Source: Desulfobacterales bacterium
Lineage (GTDB): Bacteria > Desulfobacterota > DSM-4660 > Desulfatiglandales > JALVZP01
Direction of reading: 5' to 3'
Assembly: GCA_027037575.1 (NCBI GenBank)
Contig: JALVZP010000142.1
Span: 1-30,548, forward strand
Length of the DNA: 30,548 nucleotides
Under the pieces are notes generated by a model. That model saw only the letters and a program-made list of their open reading frames with translations, searched no databases and was not told the origin of the DNA. The translations under genes and the position numbers were made by a program. This document shows, one piece after another, positions 22,960 through 30,548 of the stretch; within the stretch, counting starts at the first letter, position 1; every line of letters starts with the position of its first letter.

Positions 22960-24081
22960 CTAATCCTTCATAAGCTCTATAAAGAGATCAAATAGATAAT
23001 TTGCATCATGGGGGCCAGGTGATGCCTCTGGATGATATTGAACAGAAAAGGCACGAAGCTTTTCATGCCTTATTCCTTCTAAGGTATTATCATTCAGGTT
23101 TATATGAGTAACCTCCACATCCTTTGGAAGTGTGCTTGTATCTACACAGAATCCATGATTTTGTGCAGTAATTTCAACCCTTCCTGTTTTAAGATTCTTT
23201 ACAGGCTGATTTCCTCCCCTATGCCCAAACTTAAGCTTATATGTCTTTGCACCAAGTGCAAGGGAAAGTAGCTGATGACCCAAGCATATTCCAAATATTG
23301 GTCTTTTTCCAAGCTCTTTCCTTATGGTCTCTATAGCATAGGTTAAAGGAGCTGGATCTCCTGGTCCGTTACTCAAGAAAAGCCCATCAGGATCAAGCAT
23401 GTCTATGATCTCTGAACTTGTCTGAGCAGGGACAACAAGTATATTACATCCTCTTTTCTCTAAGGAGCGAAGGATATTGTATTTTATTCCAAAGTCTATT
23501 GCCACAACCCTGAATCCTTTCTTTTCTGGCCATTTAAAATTCTCAATTCCTTCTTCTAAGGGAATAGGTCTTCCATCTTGCCAAATATAAGGCCTTTTAC
23601 ATGTTACATACTTTACGAGGTCTCTTCCTTTTATGTCAGGAGACTGCTTTGCTTTCTTTGTAAGGGATTCTGGATCAAGGTCATATGTAGAGATTGCCCC
23701 TTTCATTGCTCCCTGAATCCTTATGTGTCTTGTAAGGGCCCTTGTATCTATAGCTTCTATTCCAGGGACATTCCACTTTATGAGATAATCTTTAAGACTC
23801 ATCTTAGATCTCCAATTGCTTGGAAAGTCCTGATATTCCCTTACAATAAGAGCCCTTACCTGAACTCTATCTGATTCTATGTCTTCATAGTTTGTTCCAT
23901 AATTCCCGATAAGGGGATATGTCATTGTAACCATTTGGCCACAATAGGAGGGATCTGTTATTATCTCCTGATATCCTGTTATACTGGTATTAAAGACTAC
24001 CTCACCTGTTGTTTCAAAAGGGCCTGTAAAGGAGCGTCCCCAAAAGTATGTTCCGTCTTCTAATGCAAGGAGTGCTTTCAT
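22960..24081 (-). CDS. carA: Carbamoyl-phosphate synthase small chain
   Basis: [33 protein letters not shown]. Confidence 0.99.
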   Translation of the reverse strand: MKALLALEDGTYFWGRSFTGPFETTGEVVFNTSITGYQEIITDPSYCGQMVTMTYPLIGNYGTNYEDIESDRVQVRALIVREYQDFPSNWRSKMSLKDYLIKWNVPGIEAIDTRALTRHIRIQGAMKGAISTYDLDPESLTKKAKQSPDIKGRDLVKYVTCKRPYIWQDGRPIPLEEGIENFKWPEKKGFRVVAIDFGIKYNILRSLEKRGCNILVVPAQTSSEIIDMLDPDGLFLSNGPGDPAPLTYAIETIRKELGKRPIFGICLGHQLLSLALGAKTYKLKFGHRGGNQPVKNLKTGRVEITAQNHGFCVDTSTLPKDVEVTHINLNDNTLEGIRHEKLRAFSVQYHPEASPGPHDANYLFDLFIELMKD

Positions 24082-24093
24082 CTTGCCCGCTAT

Positions 24094-24122
24094 TTTTTAA
24101 GTCAATACCATACTATCGTCAA
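24094..24122 (-). promoter_or_regulatory. Possible internal promoter for carAB-purF
   Basis: Minus-strand TTGACG(24122-24117)-N17-TAAAAA, a poor -10. A second TTGAC copy lies 17 nt downstream (GTCAA at 24101-24105 and 24118-24122 on +). Confidence 0.3.
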
Positions 24123-24132
24123 GGAAAAGATT

Positions 24133-25542
24133 TTATAAAGAAACCTTATAAAGTCTGTAAATCCTGCTTGAGCCTTTCTTCTTCCATTCTTTTAACAAGA
24201 TAAGAAATGGAAGATTTTTAATATCTTTTCTCCATTTTTCATTTTCCCAAAAAACATATTTTATCTGATATTTTCTCAAATAATCAACAATTCGATCCTT
24301 GGAGAGGCTAAAAATAGAAATATTTGTAAGCACATATCCTTTACAAAATATATAAAAAGATTTGAGATTTGCATAAAGATCAATTCTTCTATCATAAGAT
24401 AGCACCAGAGCAGGCCTTCCTTTTTCTATGGATGCTATGTATTCTCCGGCTTTCTTATATATCAAGGCATCCTTCCTCCTTAATTTTAGGTTATATAGAA
24501 AACAGGAAATGATTATAAAGAGGGTTAAGAAAAGAGCAAAATTTCTACTTTTTCCATATTTATCTATTAAATAATGGATGCAAGGTGCTATAAGGAAAAA
24601 GCTTGGAAAGAAGAAGATTGAAAGATATCTTCTGGAATAGCATACAGCTCCAAAAAATATGATCAGAAGAAGGAATGCCTCAAATGAAAGAAGGATAAGA
24701 TATATAAATTCAATCCTTTTTAAATGCCTTTTTAATCCCTTTATTCCTATAAGAAAGATAAGAAAATATGGAATTGAAAATACATAGAGAATTCCCCCTC
24801 CTAAGATATGAGGACTAAGTTCTAATAGCCTTTTTAGGCTAAAATTTTTGAAATAATTTAACAAAGTTAGCCTTGGTGAAAGATAGAGTTTCCATATCTC
24901 AGGTCTTATAAAAAAGGCCAAAGATAAGAGAAAGATAAAGATACTACAGACAAGAAGCCATTTTTTCTTTCCTGTAAGGAAAAGCAAAAAAAATGGAGAA
25001 GAAAGTGCAAATAAAAGGCCTTCTATTCTGATAAATGAAGAAATAAGAAAAGAAAGAAAAGAGAGGATAAAATAGATTTTTTTCTCTTTATTTAACCAAA
25101 GGATTGCAAAAAAGATCCCTGAGCACAGAAAAAACCAGAACATCTGGTCTTTTATTACATCGGTACTCAATCTTGAAAGAAAGGGATTTACAGAAAATAG
25201 GAGTGAAGAAAAGAATGCTGTTTTTTTATCAAACATGAGAAGAAGGGAAAGATACACAGGAATTAAACAGATAACAGAGAAGAATAGAGAAAGTGCTCTT
25301 GCTGCGATAATCCAATCACCAAATATCCTGTAAGATATAGGAATAAGGAAATGATAAAGAGAAAGATAATTTTTACCACAGTTTTTTGCATCTAATATCC
25401 TTCCCTGATAAAGAAGCTTTGCCTGATTAATATACTCAAATGCATCTGAATTAACAACAGGGGTTCTAAAATAGACCCATAATTTAATCACAAGGGATAT
25501 CAGTATTAATAAAGCAAGTGCCCTATATGGATCTTTCTGCAT
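24133..25542 (-). CDS. Polytopic membrane glycosyltransferase, GT-C fold (ArnT/PMT, family 39/83-like)
   Basis: 469 aa with many hydrophobic segments. First-loop acidic motif NSDAFEY, followed by YLSLYHFL, ARALSLFF and DVIKD, and a soluble C-terminal tail. Confidence 0.7.
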   Translation of the reverse strand: MQKDPYRALALLILISLVIKLWVYFRTPVVNSDAFEYINQAKLLYQGRILDAKNCGKNYLSLYHFLIPISYRIFGDWIIAARALSLFFSVICLIPVYLSLLLMFDKKTAFFSSLLFSVNPFLSRLSTDVIKDQMFWFFLCSGIFFAILWLNKEKKIYFILSFLSFLISSFIRIEGLLFALSSPFFLLFLTGKKKWLLVCSIFIFLLSLAFFIRPEIWKLYLSPRLTLLNYFKNFSLKRLLELSPHILGGGILYVFSIPYFLIFLIGIKGLKRHLKRIEFIYLILLSFEAFLLLIIFFGAVCYSRRYLSIFFFPSFFLIAPCIHYLIDKYGKSRNFALFLTLFIIISCFLYNLKLRRKDALIYKKAGEYIASIEKGRPALVLSYDRRIDLYANLKSFYIFCKGYVLTNISIFSLSKDRIVDYLRKYQIKYVFWENEKWRKDIKNLPFLILLKEWKKKGSSRIYRLYKVSL

Positions 25543-25553
25543 AAAGAAAGGAT

Positions 25554-26549
25554 TTATCTTTCCAGAATTGTCTCTTTTATCTTATGACCAAAGTGCCTTC
25601 CTGCTTCCTCTACATATCCCATAACCTTATCACCCTTTTTCAGTTTTACAACAGATAGGGCCTCCCCCTCCTTTCCTACAAGTCTTATTGTCTCTGCATT
25701 CTGAAGGATTGTGCTTACAGGGCCAAATGGCCCCTTTGCCTCTACAAGAAGAAGTGGCCTTTTTTCTATCTTTACTCTTCCAACTATTACTGGAAATGCC
25801 TCACCTTTCCAATTTACACATATAACGTTATCTCCTGCCTTAAGCTCAGAAAGATACTTTGTCTTTCCACCTGGAACCATTATGTATGCATGGACTGCCC
25901 CTGCATTTACCCTAAATGGTCTTGGCTCTACATATGGATTCTCTATGCTTTCTGAATGGACAAGAAATAGTGCCTGACTGCTATTTCCAACAAGCATCCC
26001 TTCTCCAGGTCCCATATTTGTGCATGTATCTACACAGACCCTATCTCCCATTCCTATTGGAACAACAGACTCTATCTCAAATTCTACTAAAGGGATCTTC
26101 TGCCTTTCCATCCTTACTCCATTTATTATCTCCTTTACCTTTACAGGATCCTCCTCCACTATGACAATTCCATCAACCCCCTTTTCAAGTATTCCGAATG
26201 CTGTCTTTGCCTCATCCAAGTCCTTGACCTCTACAAATATGTTTTTATTTGCCTTCGCAATGAGATTCTCTAATGGAATAATCTTCCAATCCTTTGTCCT
26301 CACAATGACCCTCTTCTTAGAGACCTCCTCAACGATTTTATCCTCGTCTTCAGATGAGGTGATCTCCATAACTACTACATCCTTTTCCCATTTTATATCT
26401 CCATCCTTAGCAACAGTCTTTATTATCCCAAGCTCCTTTACCTCTTTTACCTTATCATCTGGGACAATTACTGCATCAGCCCCTCCTTCAAGGGCTGTTG
26501 TTACAAGCTTTTTATTCCATGGATCTGCCTTAACCCATATCTCTTTCAT
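25554..26549 (-). CDS. aroB': 3-dehydroquinate synthase II (archaeal MJ1249 type)
   Basis: WKIIPLENLIA, GDRVCVDTC, PRPFRVNAGAVHAY, YLSEL, GRVKIEKRPL, LQNAETIRL, GRHFG. Confidence 0.97.
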   Translation of the reverse strand: MKEIWVKADPWNKKLVTTALEGGADAVIVPDDKVKEVKELGIIKTVAKDGDIKWEKDVVVMEITSSEDEDKIVEEVSKKRVIVRTKDWKIIPLENLIAKANKNIFVEVKDLDEAKTAFGILEKGVDGIVIVEEDPVKVKEIINGVRMERQKIPLVEFEIESVVPIGMGDRVCVDTCTNMGPGEGMLVGNSSQALFLVHSESIENPYVEPRPFRVNAGAVHAYIMVPGGKTKYLSELKAGDNVICVNWKGEAFPVIVGRVKIEKRPLLLVEAKGPFGPVSTILQNAETIRLVGKEGEALSVVKLKKGDKVMGYVEEAGRHFGHKIKETILER

Positions 26550-27348
26550 TTTGGTCCCCCTTTATAAGTTGTCTTATAGATAAAAATATCTTATTAAATC
26601 TTTCTTTATCCTTTTTGGAGATAATATCAAAAAAATCTCTTGCATCCTTCATATAGGAGTCTATGCACTTAATAGACCAAGTATTTTCCATAAGAAGGGA
26701 AGCAAAAAGCTCAGGATCCTGATGAAACATTTTTTTTATCCTTTTAAGCTTTCTCATAAATGTCTGGGTAGATGCATTCTCTATTTTTTCCCATCCTATA
26801 CCAGACTCCTTTATTCTCATAGCAAGGCAGATGGTTTCAAAGTGGTTTATTCCCTGGATAATTCCCATTATTTTGTCATGCTCTTCAGGCGTAAGAAAGA
26901 CCAATTCAAGTCCTTCTCCCTTAAGCAAGCCTATTATCCAATTATTCCATCTTTCTCCTCTTCCACTACAGATTGCAACCTTTTTTGATTCCCTATCTTC
27001 TATATCTATGCCAAATAAAGGATGAAGACCAATCACTTCTGCCTTTGAATATTTTAGCATTGCATCAATTGGCCTTTTTTTTATGGATGTAAGATCCATA
27101 AAAAGCGCATCTTCAGATATAAGTGGTCCAACCTTTTTTATCACATCCTCTGTAACTGATATAGGAACAGATATAACAACAACATCACACATCTCTGCAG
27201 CATCTTCCATACTCATTTCTGTCTTTCTTCCTACTTTAAGAACCCTATATCCCCTTTTTTCACATATATCAGCAAACCAGGATCCCATCCTTCCTGTCCC
27301 ACCAATAATCCCTATCAATGGATCTTTAAATTTTTCCTCTATTCCCAC
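26530..27348 (-). CDS. tyrA: Prephenate/arogenate dehydrogenase
   Basis: IIGGTGRMG Rossmann motif, ISVPI, DLTSIK, GLHPLFG, HDKIMGIIQGINHF. GTG start; lies inside the aro operon. Confidence 0.9.
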   Translation of the reverse strand: MGIEEKFKDPLIGIIGGTGRMGSWFADICEKRGYRVLKVGRKTEMSMEDAAEMCDVVVISVPISVTEDVIKKVGPLISEDALFMDLTSIKKRPIDAMLKYSKAEVIGLHPLFGIDIEDRESKKVAICSGRGERWNNWIIGLLKGEGLELVFLTPEEHDKIMGIIQGINHFETICLAMRIKESGIGWEKIENASTQTFMRKLKRIKKMFHQDPELFASLLMENTWSIKCIDSYMKDARDFFDIISKKDKERFNKIFLSIRQLIKGDQNERDMG

Positions 27349-28442
27349 GGCTTATCTGCGGCAGGATATGAACCAAGCCTTTTTAAAAGCACACAAGATT
27401 CTTCCATCTCAAGAAGTGCCTCATTTACCTTGGGATCCCTTTCATGTCCTTCCATATCTACATAGAATAGATATTCCCATTTCCTGGTCTTCATAGGCCT
27501 TGACTCAATCCTTGTCATATTAATCCTTTTCTTTGCAAGTGCCTCTAATGCCCTAAATAGTGCACCAGGTTTATCTCTTAAGAAAAAGAGAATAGAAGTC
27601 TTATCTCTTTTTGTTGGTTCCTGAACAGGATTTTTTCCTATTAACAAGAATCTTGTAATATTATTTGGTGTGTCCTCTATTCCTTCCATCAATATATTAA
27701 GCCCGTATATCTCTGAAAGGAGCTTGTTTCCTATTACAGCTACTCCATCTTCTTCTGCAGCAATTCTTGCACCAGCAGCAGTGCTCTGTGTCTCATATAT
27801 CTCCACATTTCCCATATTCGCCTTTATCCAGGCTTTACATTGAGCAATTGCCATGGGATGAGAATATATCTTTTTTATCTTTTTTATGTCTTTTTCCTTT
27901 GACATAAGGCTATGTCTTATCCTTAAAAGGAATTCTCCATTTATCTTTAAATCATACTTATAAAGCATATCCAGGGTGGTATTTACAGAACCTTCATATG
28001 AATTCTCAATAGGAACTATCCCTTGTTGGCAGGTTCCTTTTTCAACGCTCAGAAATACTTCTTCTATAGTATCTAATGGGTAGAAGAGGGCAGATCTTCC
28101 AAACATATATAGGGCCGCCTGATGTGAAAAAGTCCCTTCTGGACCGAGAAATCCTACCCTTACGGGGAGCTGGACAGATCTGGATGCAGAGATTATTTCA
28201 TTAAATATTGCCCTTAATGTCTCATAAGGAATTTTATTCTTTGCCTTTTTAACAAGTCTTTCAAATATCTTTCTTTCTCTTGCTGGATCAAATACATCAA
28301 GTCCAAGCCTTTTTTTTATATCACCTATCTTTTCTGCAAGATTCTGCCTTTTTATTAAAAGATCAAGTATCTGATCATCTATTTTATCTATTTTTTTTCT
28401 ATATTCTTCTAATAGACTCCAATCACTCTCACTTCCTTTCAC
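27339..28442 (-). CDS. pheA: Bifunctional chorismate mutase/prephenate dehydratase (P-protein)
   Basis: AroQ domain (RKKIDKID, DPARE), LGPEGTFS, PIENS, SHPMAIAQC, NITRF, ACT domain with ESRP. Confidence 0.97.
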   Translation of the reverse strand: MKGSESDWSLLEEYRKKIDKIDDQILDLLIKRQNLAEKIGDIKKRLGLDVFDPARERKIFERLVKKAKNKIPYETLRAIFNEIISASRSVQLPVRVGFLGPEGTFSHQAALYMFGRSALFYPLDTIEEVFLSVEKGTCQQGIVPIENSYEGSVNTTLDMLYKYDLKINGEFLLRIRHSLMSKEKDIKKIKKIYSHPMAIAQCKAWIKANMGNVEIYETQSTAAGARIAAEEDGVAVIGNKLLSEIYGLNILMEGIEDTPNNITRFLLIGKNPVQEPTKRDKTSILFFLRDKPGALFRALEALAKKRINMTRIESRPMKTRKWEYLFYVDMEGHERDPKVNEALLEMEESCVLLKRLGSYPAADKPWE

Positions 28443-28444
28443 CT

Positions 28445-28458
28445 CTTACTCCTTACTC
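28445..28458. repeat. 7-nt tandem duplication (GAGTAAG x2 on the - strand) at the aroA'/pheA junction
   Basis: CTTACTC at 28445-28451 and 28452-28458 on the + strand. Confidence 0.7.
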
Positions 28459-29243
28459 AGAAATTCCATTGCCTCTTCTACACTTGTGCCTTTATGAACT
28501 ATCATACAGAGAGCCTGAACCATCCTCTTTGGATTTTTGTGCTGAAATACATTTCTTCCAATTGAGATACCTGACGCTCCTGCTTCCATAGCTCCTTTCA
28601 CCATCTCAAGAACGGCCCTGTCGGAATCCATCTTTGGTCCTCCAGCAATAACTACAGGAACATGGCATCCCTCTACAACCTCCCTGAAGGATTCTAGATT
28701 TCCTGTATAAGACACCTTCACAACATCTGCACCAAGTTCAGCACCAACCCTTGCAGCATGCTTTACCATATCCACTGCATACTCATCCTTTATCTTCCTT
28801 CCCCTCGGATACATCATTGCAAGAAGTGGCATCCCCCATTCATTTGTAATCTTTGAAATCATTCCAAGATCTTTCAACATCTCTCTCTCATTGTCATCTC
28901 CTATGTTGATATGAATAGAAACTCCATCTGCACCAAGCCTTATTGCTTCTTCAACTGTGCAGACAAGGGTCTTTGAATTCGGTGAAGGTGAAAGGCTTGT
29001 GCTTGCAGAAAGATGTATTATAAGCCCAAGATCTGGCCCACTTCCCCTATGCCCTTTTACTACCATTCCCTTATGAAGCACCACTGCATTTGCTCCTCCT
29101 TCTGCTACTTGAGCTACTGCCTTTTTCATATCTGTTATTCCATATATCGGCCCCATACTTACTCCATGATCCATTGGAACAATAACAGTCTTTTTTGTCT
29201 CCCTATTAAATATCCTCTCAAGCCTTATCTCTTTACCAATCAT
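28446..29243 (-). CDS. aroA': 2-amino-3,7-dideoxy-D-threo-hept-6-ulosonate synthase (class I aldolase, MJ0400 type)
   Basis: PMDHG, HLSAS, Schiff-base Lys in DVVKVSY, AGG, IGRN. Assignment over a DhnA-type FBP aldolase rests on sharing an operon with DHQ synthase II. Confidence 0.88.
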   Translation of the reverse strand: MIGKEIRLERIFNRETKKTVIVPMDHGVSMGPIYGITDMKKAVAQVAEGGANAVVLHKGMVVKGHRGSGPDLGLIIHLSASTSLSPSPNSKTLVCTVEEAIRLGADGVSIHINIGDDNEREMLKDLGMISKITNEWGMPLLAMMYPRGRKIKDEYAVDMVKHAARVGAELGADVVKVSYTGNLESFREVVEGCHVPVVIAGGPKMDSDRAVLEMVKGAMEAGASGISIGRNVFQHKNPKRMVQALCMIVHKGTSVEEAMEFLSKE

Positions 29244-29245
29244 CT

Positions 29246-30301
29246 CTATCCTCCATAAATCTTTTGTCTTAAATAATGGTCTGCTATAGTAATCTTTACC
29301 ATTGCCTCAAGGACAGGTATTATCCTTGGAATAGCAGATACATCATACCTTCCCTTGAGTCTAATCTTTACAGGATTTCCATCCTTATCAATGGTATCCT
29401 GCTCCTTTGCTATAGATGGTATAGGCTTTACTGCTACCCTTAATACTATATCTTCCCCATTCGATATACCACCAAGTATACCACCTGCATTATTGGAAGA
29501 AAACCCGGAAGCTGTAATAGGATCATTATTTTCTGATCCCCTCATCCTTGCTGCTCTAAATCCTGCACCAATCTCAACTCCCTTTACAGCACCAACACTC
29601 ATGACTGCCTTTGCGAGATCTGCATCTAATTTATCAAATACTGGCTCTCCAAGCCCAGGAGGACAGTTTTTTACTACAATCTCTACAATCCCACCAATTG
29701 AATCTCCCTCTTTTCTTATCCTTTCTACAAGCTCTTCCATCTTTTTTGATGCATTTAGATCTGGACATAAAAAAGGACTTTCTTCTATTTTGCTCACATC
29801 TATGTTTTCTGCCCTTATTCCACCAAATTCAATAGTATAGCCAACTACCTTTATCCCTAAGGGAGCTATTACCTTTTCTGCAACAACTCCAGCGGCAACC
29901 CTTGCAGCAGTCTCTCTTGCAGATGCCCTTCCTCCACCTCTATAGTCTCTATGTCCATACTTTTTAAAGTATGTATAGTCTGCATGTCCTGGCCTGAATA
30001 TATCCTTTATCTTTTCATAGGGGCTGCTATCCACATCCCTGTTTCTTATTATAAGTGTTATAGGAGTTCCTGTGGTAAGTCCTTGAAATACACCAGATAC
30101 TATTTCTACCCTATCTGGTTCCCTTCTTGTAGTATCAGAAGGAGAAGAGCCAGGCCTTCTTCTTTTCATTGCAGATTCAAAGTCCTTTTCTGAAAGGGGA
30201 ATCTTAGATGGACACCCATCGATGACAACACCAATTCCCCATCCATGGGATTCTCCAAATGTGGTAATTCTAAATAATTGACCAAAGGAGTTACCTGGCA
30301 T
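29246..30301 (-). CDS. aroC: Chorismate synthase
   Basis: [42 protein letters not shown]. Confidence 0.98.
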   Translation of the reverse strand: MPGNSFGQLFRITTFGESHGWGIGVVIDGCPSKIPLSEKDFESAMKRRRPGSSPSDTTRREPDRVEIVSGVFQGLTTGTPITLIIRNRDVDSSPYEKIKDIFRPGHADYTYFKKYGHRDYRGGGRASARETAARVAAGVVAEKVIAPLGIKVVGYTIEFGGIRAENIDVSKIEESPFLCPDLNASKKMEELVERIRKEGDSIGGIVEIVVKNCPPGLGEPVFDKLDADLAKAVMSVGAVKGVEIGAGFRAARMRGSENNDPITASGFSSNNAGGILGGISNGEDIVLRVAVKPIPSIAKEQDTIDKDGNPVKIRLKGRYDVSAIPRIIPVLEAMVKITIADHYLRQKIYGG

Positions 30302-30548
30302 ATCTTTCCCTAAGCCTCTTTAATATTATCTCAGAAACCTCATCTATGGAAAGGGTATCAGTATCAATGGAAAAGTCAGCACTCTTCTCATATATTGGAT
30401 TCCTTTCCCTTAGGACATCCTCTATCTCACTTAAAGGATCTCTTCCTTTGAGGCCTGGCCTTATATTAGTCTTGTCCTCAAGCATCCTCTTTTTTATAGT
30501 TTCAGGTCTTGCTTTAAGCCAGACAACCCATCCCTTCTTCGTCAACTC
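30291..30548 (-). CDS. aroK: Shikimate kinase, 3' part (5' end outside the window)
   Basis: VVWLKARPETI, RPGL, RNPIYEKSADFSIDTD; directly upstream of aroC. The frame is open to the window edge. Confidence 0.85.
   Translation of the reverse strand, partial: ELTKKGWVVWLKARPETIKKRMLEDKTNIRPGLKGRDPLSEIEDVLRERNPIYEKSADFSIDTDTLSIDEVSEIILKRLRERYAR

Overview
This is a very gene-dense window (about 350 of 30548 nt intergenic by hand count) of AT-rich, CpG-poor bacterial DNA made almost entirely of core metabolic genes. It comes from a diderm (waaA, lolA), selenocysteine-using (selB) organism, probably a thermophile (AGA/AGG and ATA codons, Lys/Glu/Ile-rich proteins). Gene content (aroA'/aroB', carAB-purF) suggests Desulfobacterota, which is inference. 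The layout has four blocks. (+) DUF89 phosphatase, SNase-like protein, adenine-deaminase-like enzyme, serS, glmS. (-) M24 peptidase, small membrane protein, selB. (+) rnj, lolA, waaA, pncA, nudF, HddA-like GHMP kinase, mrp/apbC, thiC, PEBP. (-) partial aroK, aroC, aroA', pheA, tyrA, aroB', GT-C glycosyltransferase, carA, carB, purF. I found no rRNA, tRNA, CRISPR, riboswitch or mobile element, and I cannot demonstrate a new system. The best leads are (1) a coupled pncA-nudF-HddA-like kinase module, (2) a DUF89/degenerate nuclease/non-canonical deaminase cluster, (3) the archaeal-type dehydroquinate route, and (4) a single in-frame UGA plus hairpin between the GHMP kinase and Mrp in a Sec-decoding genome.
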